Numbered from the stretch's first letter, positions 37,163 through 46,200 are shown. The stretch is DNA of 55,478 bases from Ilumatobacteraceae bacterium (GCA_038136655.1 JAYQAE010000001.1:3477-58954), one strand, 5' to 3'. The notes: generated by a model from the letters alone, not told the origin. Numbers and translations: made by a program.

Positions 37163-38272
37163 ATGAGTACCCCCGCGACTCCCGTCCTCCCCGACTATGG
37201 CGGCGCCTGCCTCGACGGCCTCATGCCCGCGTTGACCGGATCGGCCCCGCGTCCCGACTGGATGCCGGCAGCGCTCGATGGGGCGCGCGCGGTGGTGCTG
37301 CTCGTTCTCGACGGACTGGGCTGGCTGCAATTGGAGGAGCGCCGAAGCGCCCTGCCGAACCTGGCCTCCCTTGATGGCTCGTTCATCACGTCGGTCGCGC
37401 CGAGCACCACGGCCACAGCGCTCACCACGATCGCCACAGGATTGACCCCGGGGGAGCACGGCATTGTCGGCTACCGAATGATGGTGGGTGGATCGATCCT
37501 CAACTCGCTCCGCTGGCACGGACCCTCAGGAGACCGCCGCTTCGACGCTCCGCCTTCCGAAATCCAGCCGCACCCCCCGTTCCTCGGATCGCGGGTGCCA
37601 ATCGTGACCCCGTCGGAACTGATCGGTTCCGCGTTCTCCGAGGCGCATCTGCGGGGAGGGCAACCGGTGGGGTGGAGAGCCTCCTCATCAATTCCGGTGC
37701 TCGTGCGCGCTTTGCTCGACGAGGGCCGACCCCTCGTGTACGCCTACTACGCCGGAGTCGACAAGATCGCGCACGAGCGCGGTCTCGGAGCGTTCTACGA
37801 CGCCGAACTACGCGACGCGGATCGCTTGGTCGGTGACCTTCTCGATGTGGTCGATACCGACACGGCGCTTGTGGTGACGGCCGATCACGGTCAGGTCGAG
37901 GTGGGCGACCGCATCATCGAGCCCTCCGGCGAGCTACTCGCGCTCACTAGCGGCCAGTCAGGCGAGGGTCGCATGCGCTGGTTTCACGCAAGGCGCGGAG
38001 CGACCAGCGACCTGTACGACGCGGTCGAATCGGAGCTCGGCAGCACGGGTTGGGTGCGCACCCTCGAGGAGGTGCTCGACGAGCGGTGGTTCGGCCTGAG
38101 GGTTCCACCTCCGGTGCGAGCGCGCCTCGGTGACGTCGTCATCGCGGCCCGCGATCCCGTGAGTTACCACGACACGGATGACAGCGGCCCGTTCGAGTTG
38201 ATCTGCCGGCACGGTTCACTCACCGCCGAGGAGATGCTCGTACCGTTGGTGGCCGCCCGAGGTCGGGCCTGA
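37163..38272 (+). CDS. Alkaline-phosphatase superfamily protein (type I phosphodiesterase/nucleotide pyrophosphatase-like)
   Basis: ATG 37163. Motifs VVLLVLDGLGW, APSTTATALTTIATG, VVTADHGQ. Confidence 0.7.
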   Translation: MSTPATPVLPDYGGACLDGLMPALTGSAPRPDWMPAALDGARAVVLLVLDGLGWLQLEERRSALPNLASLDGSFITSVAPSTTATALTTIATGLTPGEHGIVGYRMMVGGSILNSLRWHGPSGDRRFDAPPSEIQPHPPFLGSRVPIVTPSELIGSAFSEAHLRGGQPVGWRASSSIPVLVRALLDEGRPLVYAYYAGVDKIAHERGLGAFYDAELRDADRLVGDLLDVVDTDTALVVTADHGQVEVGDRIIEPSGELLALTSGQSGEGRMRWFHARRGATSDLYDAVESELGSTGWVRTLEEVLDERWFGLRVPPPVRARLGDVVIAARDPVSYHDTDDSGPFELICRHGSLTAEEMLVPLVAARGRA

Positions 38273-38294
38273 GCGCGCAGGAAGGGAGCAGTCG

Positions 38295-38756
38295 ATGAGC
38301 GAGAACGGAAACGACGCCGGAGCGGAGCTCGTGTCGGGCGGGGGAGAGGAATCCGATCAGGCCATGGCCGGATCGGTGACCGAACCCGCCAAGGTCATGC
38401 GCATCGGCTCAATGGTGAAGCAGCTCCTCGAGGAGGTGCGGCAGTCGCCCCTCGACGAGGCAAGTCGCGAGCGACTGGCCGAGGTGTACGAGCGCTCAAT
38501 CATCGAGCTGTCCGAGGCGCTGTCTCCTGATCTGCAGGACGAACTGCGCATCCTGACGCTGCCCTTCGAGGACGGGGAGGTCCCGTCTGAGGGTGAGCTC
38601 CGTGTGGCGCAGGCCCAACTCGTCGGTTGGCTCGAGGGCCTGTTCCACGGGATCCAGGCGACCCTCTTCGCCCAGCAACTCGCCGCTCGGCAGCAACTCG
38701 ATCAGATTCGGCAACTTCCTCAGGGCCCCGCGGAGCGTCCCGGTACATACCTCTGA
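38295..38756 (+). CDS. bpa: Bacterial proteasome activator Bpa (PafE)
   Basis: Core EPAKVMRIGSMVKQLLEEVR...PLDEASRERL...LRVAQAQLVGWLEGLFHGIQATLFAQQ closely matches my recollection of mycobacterial Bpa. The C-terminus is ...PGTYL, with the penultimate Tyr retained. Confidence 0.85.
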   Translation: MSENGNDAGAELVSGGGEESDQAMAGSVTEPAKVMRIGSMVKQLLEEVRQSPLDEASRERLAEVYERSIIELSEALSPDLQDELRILTLPFEDGEVPSEGELRVAQAQLVGWLEGLFHGIQATLFAQQLAARQQLDQIRQLPQGPAERPGTYL

Positions 38757-38799
38757 AGGTGGGCTCGGTCGCCGGATGGCGGTGTGGACGGCTCTGGTA

Positions 38800-38828
38800 G
38801 GTTCGACGAACCACATCAATGTGATTCG
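38800..38828. promoter_or_regulatory. Two overlapping palindromes upstream of dnaE (candidate operator)
   Basis: GGTTCG-A-CGAACC at 38800-38812 is a perfect palindrome. CGAACCACAT-ca-ATGTGATTCG at 38807-38828 matches at 9 of 10 arm positions. A TAGGTT hexamer at 38798-38803 overlaps the first. Loops of 1-2 nt argue for a protein-binding site rather than an RNA hairpin. Confidence 0.35.
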
Positions 38829-38860
38829 TTCCGCCCGCTCCGAAGATCCGCAACCGATAC

Positions 38861-41800
38861 GTGCCTGACTCCTTCACCCATCTCCATGTCCACACCGAGT
38901 TCTCGATGCTCGATGGTGCCTCGCGGATCGACGATGTCGTCGCGAAGGCGCTCGACGATGGCCAGCCGGCCCTCGGCATCACGGATCACGGCAACATGTA
39001 CGGAACCCTCGAGTTCTACAAGGAGTGCCGCAACCGCGGCATCAAGCCGATCATCGGCACCGAGGCCTACATGGCCCATGACAGTCGCCATGAACGGCCG
39101 GCTCGTCGTGGCCGCATGGACGACTCCGGAGGCGACACCGACGGCGGTCACAAGCTCTATTACCACCTGACGCTGTTGGCCGAGAACGACGTCGGCTACC
39201 GCAATTTGATCCAACTCTCGAGCCTCGCGTTCCTCGAGGGCTACTACTACAAGCCCCGAATCGACTGGGAGCTGCTCGAGAAATTCTCCGACGGGCTCAT
39301 CGCCACCACCGGATGCCTCGGAGGGCAGGTGCTGCAGACCCTGATGCGCGGCGACTACGACGGGGCGCTCGCCAAGGCAGCGCGGCTCCAGGACATTTTC
39401 GGTCGCGACAACCTCTTCGTCGAGCTCCAGGACCACGGCATCCCCGAGCAGCACGAGACGAACCCACAGCTGATCGAGATCGCCAAGGCGATCGGCGCCC
39501 CGCTCCTCGCGACGAACGACTCGCATTACACCCATGCCCACGACCACGAGGCGCACGACGCGCTGCTCTGCGTCCAGACCAGCTCGCTGCTCTCTGATCA
39601 GGATCGCTTCAAGTTCAAGGGTGAGGGCAGCCACTATCTGAAGACGGCGGCCGAGATGCGGTACCTGTTCCGCGAGGTGCCCGATGCCTGTGACAACACG
39701 TTGTGGATCGCCGAGCGGGCCGAGCTCGACATCACGTTCGGCGACGCGCTGCTTCCCGACTTCCCTCTGCCTGAGGGGTTCGCTGACGATCGGGCCTACC
39801 TCGAGCACCTCACCTGGGAGGGAGCGAAGCGTCGCTGGGGGAGCGACCTGCCCCCGGCAGCGGTCGAGCGCCTCTCCTATGAGCTTGAGGTCATCGCCTC
39901 GATGGGTTTCTCCTCCTACTTCCTGATCGTCTGGGATCTCATCCGCCACGCTCGCGACTCAGGCATCCGCGTCGGACCGGGCCGAGGGTCAGCGGCGGGC
40001 TGCGCCGTTGCCTACTGCCTGTGGATCACCGATCTCGACCCGATCCGCTACGACCTGCTCTTCGAACGGTTCTTGAATCCGTCGCGTATCTCGATGCCCG
40101 ACATCGACATGGACTTCGACTCGAGGTACCGCGACGAGATGATCCGTTACGCGGCCGACAAGTACGGCCGCGATCACGTCGCGCAGATCATCACGTTCGG
40201 CACCATCAAGGCGCGCAACGCGGTGCGCGACGCCGCCCGGGTGCTCGGCCTGCCGTATGCCGCCGGCGATCGCGTGGCCAAGGCGATGCCGCCGCTCGTG
40301 ATGGGGCGCGATACGCCGTTGCGCTACTGCTTCGAGGAAGACGAGAAGTATCGCGACGGCTACAAGGCCGCGGGAGAGTTGCGCGACATGTACGAGGCCG
40401 ACCCCGATGTGCGTCGCATCGTCGACGTCGCCAAGGGGCTCGAGGGCCTGAAGCGCTCGGATGGCATCCATGCGGCGGCCGTGGTCATCACGAAGGACCC
40501 GGTCACCGAGTACCTGCCGGTGCAGCGCAAGCCGGAGTCCAACCAGAACCCCGAGGACGCCCCGCTCGTCACCCAGTTCGAGATGCACGGCGTCGAGGAG
40601 CTCGGCCTCCTCAAGATGGACTTCCTCGGCCTGCGCAACCTCGATGTCATCACCGACACCCAGGAAATGGTGCGAGCCGGCGGGCAGGCGGACTTCGACA
40701 TCGATCAGGTGCCACTCGATGACTCCGCGACCTTCGAATTGCTGTCGCGCGGCGACACCATCGGCGTGTTCCAGCTCGAGTCGCCGCCGATGCGCCAGTT
40801 GCTGAAAGCCCTCGCCCCAAACTCCTTCGAGGATGTGTCGGCGGTGTTGGCGCTCTATCGACCCGGGCCGATGAGCGTCAACATGCACTACGACTACGCC
40901 GATCGCAAGAACGGGCGCAAGCCGGTGGAGTACTTCCACCCCGATGCCGTCGAGGTCCTCGATGACACCTTCGGGCTGATGATCTACCAGGAGAGCGTCA
41001 TGCGGGTCGCCCAGCGATTCGCCGGCTACGACCTCGCGCAGGCGGACAACCTCCGCAAAGCCTGCGGCAAAAAGCAGCGCGACCTCATGGAGGCCGAGCG
41101 CGCGATGTTCGAGGCGGGCTGCGTGCAGACCGGCTACGGGGAGAAACTCGGCCGAGAGTTGTTCGATGTCATCGAGCGATTCGCCGACTACGCCTTCAAC
41201 AAGAGCCACACGTTCGGGTATGGGCTCGTCACCTACCAGACCGCCTACCTGAAAGCCCATCATCCGGTCGAGTACATGGCGGCGCTGTTAACGAGTGTGA
41301 AGGACAAGCTCGACAAGGCAGCGGTGTACCTGGCCGATTGCCGATCGGCGGGCATCCCAGTCCTCACCCCCGACATCAACCGGGCCGAGACCGACTTCAC
41401 GGCCCTGCCGGTCGACCGGGTGCCTCCCGGCGTCGAACTGCCTCACGGCTGCCCCGGTGTCATCGTGTTCGGGCTGTCCGCGGTGCGCAACGTGGGTGTC
41501 GGCCTGATGGAGCAGCTCCTCGAGGAGCGGCGCGAGAACGGTCCCTACGAGTCGTTCCATGATTTCGCCGAGCGGGCACCCGAACCGGTGCTGCATCGGC
41601 GCACCGTCGAGTCGTTGATCAGGGCGGGTGCCTTCGACGGCCTCGGTCATACGCGCCTCGGTCTGCTCGCCGTCTTCGAGCAGATCATCGACACGACCCT
41701 CACCCGACGACGTGAGCGATCTCAAGGGGTGATGAGCCTCTTCGGTGACTGGGGAGACGACGACGCGGATCCGGTGTTCTCCGAGACCGTCGAGATTCCG

Positions 41801-42433
41801 GACCGCGAGTTCGACAAGTCGGAGCGTCTTCGCGTCGAGAAGGAGATGCTCGGCCTCTACGTCTCCGATCATCCGCTTCGAGGGGCCGAGTCGGCGCTTA
41901 GGCGCAGGGTGGAGCGCTCGGTCAGCGATCTCGAGACCATGGACGACGGATCGATCGTGGTGGTCGGTGGCGTGGTGACGTCCCTCGCCCGCAAGTACAC
42001 GCGGGCCGGCGATCAGATGGCCACCTTCGTGCTCGAGGATCTCGCGGCCTCCATTGAGGTCACCGTGTTCCCGAAAATGCTCGCGAGTCAGGGGCACAAA
42101 CTCCAAGACGACGTCATCGTCGCCGTGAAGGCCCGGTTGGACCGACGCGACGAGTCCCGATTCGGCCTCATCGCGATGGAGATCTCGGTGCTCGATGGAT
42201 TGAGCGACGGTCCGGCGTCGTTGCTGACCGTGCGACTGAGCGCCAACCAACTCGACGCCGGAGGGATCGACCGCCTTCGAGAGATCATCAGCGAACACCC
42301 CGGTCAGACACCGGTCGAGATCGAGGTGCCGCCCGGCCAGATCGTTCGACTCCCGGATGACTATCGGGTCGATGTCGATCGAGTGATCGGCGAGATTCGC
42401 GTCGCCTTCGGTCACGACGCGGTCAGGCTCTGA
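38861..42433 (+). CDS. dnaE: DNA polymerase III alpha subunit (DnaE1)
   Basis: 1190-aa ORF. PHP domain HLHVHTEFSMLDG. Polymerase core and OB-fold regions are present. Confidence 0.97.
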   Translation: MPDSFTHLHVHTEFSMLDGASRIDDVVAKALDDGQPALGITDHGNMYGTLEFYKECRNRGIKPIIGTEAYMAHDSRHERPARRGRMDDSGGDTDGGHKLYYHLTLLAENDVGYRNLIQLSSLAFLEGYYYKPRIDWELLEKFSDGLIATTGCLGGQVLQTLMRGDYDGALAKAARLQDIFGRDNLFVELQDHGIPEQHETNPQLIEIAKAIGAPLLATNDSHYTHAHDHEAHDALLCVQTSSLLSDQDRFKFKGEGSHYLKTAAEMRYLFREVPDACDNTLWIAERAELDITFGDALLPDFPLPEGFADDRAYLEHLTWEGAKRRWGSDLPPAAVERLSYELEVIASMGFSSYFLIVWDLIRHARDSGIRVGPGRGSAAGCAVAYCLWITDLDPIRYDLLFERFLNPSRISMPDIDMDFDSRYRDEMIRYAADKYGRDHVAQIITFGTIKARNAVRDAARVLGLPYAAGDRVAKAMPPLVMGRDTPLRYCFEEDEKYRDGYKAAGELRDMYEADPDVRRIVDVAKGLEGLKRSDGIHAAAVVITKDPVTEYLPVQRKPESNQNPEDAPLVTQFEMHGVEELGLLKMDFLGLRNLDVITDTQEMVRAGGQADFDIDQVPLDDSATFELLSRGDTIGVFQLESPPMRQLLKALAPNSFEDVSAVLALYRPGPMSVNMHYDYADRKNGRKPVEYFHPDAVEVLDDTFGLMIYQESVMRVAQRFAGYDLAQADNLRKACGKKQRDLMEAERAMFEAGCVQTGYGEKLGRELFDVIERFADYAFNKSHTFGYGLVTYQTAYLKAHHPVEYMAALLTSVKDKLDKAAVYLADCRSAGIPVLTPDINRAETDFTALPVDRVPPGVELPHGCPGVIVFGLSAVRNVGVGLMEQLLEERRENGPYESFHDFAERAPEPVLHRRTVESLIRAGAFDGLGHTRLGLLAVFEQIIDTTLTRRRERSQGVMSLFGDWGDDDADPVFSETVEIPDREFDKSERLRVEKEMLGLYVSDHPLRGAESALRRRVERSVSDLETMDDGSIVVVGGVVTSLARKYTRAGDQMATFVLEDLAASIEVTVFPKMLASQGHKLQDDVIVAVKARLDRRDESRFGLIAMEISVLDGLSDGPASLLTVRLSANQLDAGGIDRLREIISEHPGQTPVEIEVPPGQIVRLPDDYRVDVDRVIGEIRVAFGHDAVRL

Positions 42434-42503
42434 GCGCTGACTTGTCGCGCCGTCGTGTCGAGATGGCACAATAGGGGGGTACGCCTACCGTGGGAGAAGG
42501 GTT

Positions 42504-43160
42504 ATGTCGGTAGAAGTGGTGACGAACGACGCCAGTGCGGTCACCGACTCGCAACTGGATGAGATGGCCTCCATGGGGGGCTCTTTCGACATCGGCGCGA
42601 TCTCGAAAGCCCGTGAGGAGTGGGTCCTGTCGACCACGGCGCGGATCGGGACGACGCTGCACGGGTTCACCTTCTCGACCCTCGAGCGCATCGGGGGCAC
42701 GCCGTGTGTGCTCATCGGCATGATGAGCACGAAACGCCACGCCAAGCGCGAGACCGTGCTGAGGGGGCTCATGAAAGAGGCGTTCCACCGCGCTCTGATG
42801 GCCTTTCCCGACGAAGACGTCGTGGTCGGCTCTCGTTTCGTGTCGGCCGACGCGATGGTGATCCTGAAAGACCTTGACGATGTCACGCCGCGTCCGGGAG
42901 CGCGCGCGGTCGGTGAGGAGCGCGCCTGGGGACGGCGACTCGCCAAGCGCTTCGGCGTTGACTCCACCTACGAGGCGGAGTCCTTCACCGTCGCCGCTGA
43001 CGGTCGCGGCGGATTCATCGACCACGAGGCCCTCAAGCCAGAGAAGGTCGCGGCGGCGCAGCGCAAACTTTTCTCGGCGGTCGACGACAAGCGCGGCGGC
43101 GTCCTGATCGCCTACGGCTGGACGATGGCCGAGGACCTGGTCAAGCTCGGCGCCCGCTGA
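42504..43160 (+). CDS. Hypothetical protein with no confident family (possibly an acyltransferase-like fold)
   Basis: 218-aa ORF with GGGAGAAGGG Shine-Dalgarno sequence and coding-type GC3. I recognise no diagnostic motif. Confidence 0.6.
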   Translation: MSVEVVTNDASAVTDSQLDEMASMGGSFDIGAISKAREEWVLSTTARIGTTLHGFTFSTLERIGGTPCVLIGMMSTKRHAKRETVLRGLMKEAFHRALMAFPDEDVVVGSRFVSADAMVILKDLDDVTPRPGARAVGEERAWGRRLAKRFGVDSTYEAESFTVAADGRGGFIDHEALKPEKVAAAQRKLFSAVDDKRGGVLIAYGWTMAEDLVKLGAR

Positions 43161-43161
43161 G

Positions 43162-43767
43162 ATGGGCGACCTCGCCGAGGTCGTCCGCAACCGGCGAATG
43201 AGCCGGGCCTTCACCGGCGCTCCGGTCGATCCGGAGATCATCGACCGCATGGTGGATCTCGCCAGCCGAGCCCCGAGTGCGGGCAAGACCCAGGGGTGGC
43301 ATCTCGTCGTGTTGTACGGGGAGGACACCGCTCGCTACTGGGACGCGACCCTCCCCGAGGAGCGTCGAGCCGGATTCGCGTGGCCCGGCCTGCTGCTCGC
43401 ACCGGTGGTGATGGTCGTCGTGGCCGATCCCGAGGCCTACCTGTCTCGCTACGCCGAGCCCGATAAGGCGCACACGGGTCTTGGCGAGTCCCGCGAGGCT
43501 TGGCCCGTGGCGTATTGGACGGTCGACGCCTCGATGGCGGCGATGGTGCTGCTTCTCGCCGCCGAGGACGAGGGGCTCGGCGCGCTGTTCTTCGGCCCGT
43601 TCGGAGCGACCGAGCAGGTGAGAACGGCGCTCGGGATCCCCGATCAGATGGAGATCGTGGCGACCATCGCCCTCGGTGAGGCCGAGGTGGGGGCGACGCA
43701 CCGGGGCCGCAGCGCGGGTCGGGCCCGCCGCGCGGTCGATGCGATCGTGCATCGCTCGCGTTGGTGA
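43162..43767 (+). CDS. Nitroreductase family protein
   Basis: Motifs RRMSRAF...PSAGKTQGW and LGALFFG. Starts 1 nt after the preceding stop. Confidence 0.8.
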   Translation: MGDLAEVVRNRRMSRAFTGAPVDPEIIDRMVDLASRAPSAGKTQGWHLVVLYGEDTARYWDATLPEERRAGFAWPGLLLAPVVMVVVADPEAYLSRYAEPDKAHTGLGESREAWPVAYWTVDASMAAMVLLLAAEDEGLGALFFGPFGATEQVRTALGIPDQMEIVATIALGEAEVGATHRGRSAGRARRAVDAIVHRSRW

Positions 43768-45753
43768 TCAGCTTCGGCCGGTGAGCTGCGCGAGCAGCGA
43801 CTCGGGGGAGTCGGCGGGGAGATCGCAGACCCGGTCGCGGCAGACGTAGGCGAAGCCCGGCTCTCTGCCCTCCCAGAGCGGAGAATCGAATCGCTCACCC
43901 CAGGCGAGCACCATGTCGGGCCGCCACACCGCCTTGGCCACCCTGACGAGTTCGGGGTGTTCGCCGGGGATGACGACCTCGGTGATCCCTCGGTGCCTGA
44001 CCTCGAGGGCGGCGAGTGCGTTGGAGAAGGCCGTCGGAGCCCGTTCGATGAGGGCTCCGAGCAGCATGAGGATGCGATCGGCATGGTTCGCGTAGCGCTG
44101 GTCGCCGGTCAACGCTCCGAGCCGGATGAGCGCGAGGGCCGCGGTTGAGTTGGCCGACGGTACGGCCTGGTCGTGCACGTCCTTTTGCCTCACCACGAGT
44201 TGCTCGGCATCGTTAGCGGTGGTGAAGAGACCCCCGTTCTCGGGATCCCAGAACTGATCGAGCATCGTGTCAGCGGTCTCGATGGCGAGACGGGTCCACT
44301 CGGCCCGGCCGGTCGCCTCCCCGAGCCGGGTGAAGGCGTCGACGAGCGCTGCGTGGTCGGCGGCGATCGCGTCATGGCGCGCCCGCGGCTGTCCATCCGC
44401 TTGCCAGGAGCGGAGCCATCGGCCGTCCTCGGCGCGCAGTTCGCTGACGAGGAAGCGGCCGATGCGCTCGGCTTCCTCCACCCAATCTGGTCGATCGAGG
44501 GCGGTAGCGGCATCGAGCAACGCCGAGACGAACAAGGCGTTCCATTCGGTGAGCACCTTGTCGTCGCGGCCGGGCCGCGGACGTCGCGAGCGGGCCTCAA
44601 GCAGCCGGCGCCGCCCGTCTTCGATGGCGGGAGGACGCTGGAGCGATCCGCGGGCGTGGAGGCGGTTCGGGATGCTCCGCCCCTCGAAGTTGCCGCCCTC
44701 GTCGATGCCGAACCACTCGAGGAGGGCATCGGCCTCGTCGCCGAGGACCGCTCGCACCTCCTCGGGTGTCCAGGTGTAGAACCAGCCCTCCACCGAGGTG
44801 CCGTCGGGGGCGAGGGAGTCGGCGTCCTCAGCCGAGTGGATTCCGCCGGCGGGGTCGGCGAGCGTGCCGAGGACGTACTCGACGGTCTCCTCCACCACGA
44901 GGCGCCAGTCGTCGCGGCGGAAGAGCGACCACCCCTGTCGGTAGGCGCGGATCAGTAGGGCTTGGTCGTAGAGCATCTTCTCGAAGTGTGGGACCAGCCA
45001 CTCGCGGTCGACGGAGTACCGCGCGAAGCCGCCACCGAGGTGGTCGTACATGCCGCCGGAGGCCATCGCGTCGAGGGTGGTGGTGGCCACCGTCGCGGCG
45101 CCCTCGCCTCCGTTGGTCATGTACGCCCGCATGATCAACTCGAGGTGGAAGGTGGACGGAAACTTCGGTGCCTGTCCGAAGCCACCCCAGTCAGCGTCGA
45201 AGGCGCCCGCGAGTCGGTTGAGTACCTCGTTCACCACCTCGAGCCCGGGAAGTCCGTCGCTCGGGGATACCGCGGAGGTGGCATCGACAGCGGCAACGAG
45301 GGCCGTGGCGTTGGCGTCCAACTCGTCCCGCCGGTCTCGCCATACCTCGCCGAGGGCGCGAAGCAAGTTGAGGAACGCCGGCTTCGGGTAGTAGGTCCCG
45401 CCCCAGAACGGCCGTGCGTCGTGATCGAGCACCACGGTGAGCGGCCAGCCCCCGCGACCGGTGAGGGCGACGACGGCATCCATGTAGATCGAGTCGACGT
45501 CGGGTCGCTCCTCTCGGTCGACCTTGATGTTGACGAAACCTGAGTTCATCGCCTCGGCGACTTCCTGATCCTCGAAACATTCGTGCGCCATGACATGGCA
45601 CCAGTGGCACGCCGAATAGCCAACGCTCAGCAGGACGGGGACGTCGCGCCGTCGGGCCTCCTCGAAGGCCTCCGGTGACCAGGGGTACCAGTCGACCGGG
45701 TTATCCCGGTGCTGGCGGAGGTAGGGGGAGGTCTCCCCGCCGAGACGGTTCAC
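43768..45753 (-). CDS. Thioredoxin-domain protein, YyaL/DUF255 family (N-terminal thioredoxin fold plus a six-hairpin glycosidase-like domain)
   Basis: GTG 45753 (MNRLGGETSPYLRQHRDNPVDWYPW). Motifs CHWCHVM and NIKVDREERPD. The upstream track-ORF extension is non-homologous. Confidence 0.88.
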   Translation of the reverse strand: MNRLGGETSPYLRQHRDNPVDWYPWSPEAFEEARRRDVPVLLSVGYSACHWCHVMAHECFEDQEVAEAMNSGFVNIKVDREERPDVDSIYMDAVVALTGRGGWPLTVVLDHDARPFWGGTYYPKPAFLNLLRALGEVWRDRRDELDANATALVAAVDATSAVSPSDGLPGLEVVNEVLNRLAGAFDADWGGFGQAPKFPSTFHLELIMRAYMTNGGEGAATVATTTLDAMASGGMYDHLGGGFARYSVDREWLVPHFEKMLYDQALLIRAYRQGWSLFRRDDWRLVVEETVEYVLGTLADPAGGIHSAEDADSLAPDGTSVEGWFYTWTPEEVRAVLGDEADALLEWFGIDEGGNFEGRSIPNRLHARGSLQRPPAIEDGRRRLLEARSRRPRPGRDDKVLTEWNALFVSALLDAATALDRPDWVEEAERIGRFLVSELRAEDGRWLRSWQADGQPRARHDAIAADHAALVDAFTRLGEATGRAEWTRLAIETADTMLDQFWDPENGGLFTTANDAEQLVVRQKDVHDQAVPSANSTAALALIRLGALTGDQRYANHADRILMLLGALIERAPTAFSNALAALEVRHRGITEVVIPGEHPELVRVAKAVWRPDMVLAWGERFDSPLWEGREPGFAYVCRDRVCDLPADSPESLLAQLTGRS

Positions 45754-45760
45754 GTCCCCG

Positions 45761-45766
45761 ACCCTA
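45761..45766 (-). promoter_or_regulatory. -10 hexamer TAGGGT (minus strand) placed for a leaderless yyaL-like transcript
   Basis: Minus-strand sequence reads TAGGGT-cggggac-GTG, a 7-nt gap. Confidence 0.4.
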
Positions 45767-45853
45767 GGGGCCGCCAAGGAGCTCAGCTGGACGGGCCGCG
45801 CAACATGGTCGGGGTAGGACGGGCAAGGCAAGACGGTCCGCGCCGACCGCCGG

Positions 45854-45859
45854 TACCCT
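45854..45859 (+). promoter_or_regulatory. -10 hexamer TACCCT placed for a leaderless GroES-like transcript
   Basis: TACCCT-cgccgc-GTG 45866, a 6-nt gap. Confidence 0.4.
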
Positions 45860-45865
45860 CGCCGC

Positions 45866-46192
45866 GTGACGTCGCCCGCCGACAAACTCCCCATCAAGAT
45901 GCTCAACGACCGCCTACTGGTGCGGATCGGCCGCGATGACGGGGAGCGCCGCTCATCGGGGGGCATCCTCATTCCGGCGACGGCGCAGATGGCCAAACGG
46001 CTCATCTGGGCGGAAGTGGTCGCCCTTGGGCAGAACGTTCGAGCCGCTGAGGTGGGCGATCTCGTGCTCTTCTCGCCGGACGACCGCTACGAGGTCGAGG
46101 TGCAGGGTGAGGACCTGATCATGTTGCGCGAGCGCGATCTGCACGCGGTGGCCGCTGAGCGGATTGAGGCGTCGACCGGCCTGTACCTCTAG
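45866..46192 (+). CDS. Cpn10/GroES-family paralog with a 13-residue C-terminal extension ending Gly-Leu-Tyr-Leu
   Basis: Aligns by eye to GroES: IKMLNDRLLV / SGGILIP / AEVVALG / GDLVLFS / EDLIMLRERDLHAV. The tail AERIEASTGLYL follows. No groEL is adjacent. Confidence 0.7.
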   Translation: MTSPADKLPIKMLNDRLLVRIGRDDGERRSSGGILIPATAQMAKRLIWAEVVALGQNVRAAEVGDLVLFSPDDRYEVEVQGEDLIMLRERDLHAVAAERIEASTGLYL

Positions 46193-46200
46193 CGGCTCCC

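Noticed and set aside
38796-38835. tRNA-like T-arm motif (GGTTCGAnnnACC) between bpa and dnaE
   Set aside because: No acceptor, D or anticodon arms can be drawn around it. The sequence is better explained as overlapping palindromes (see findings).
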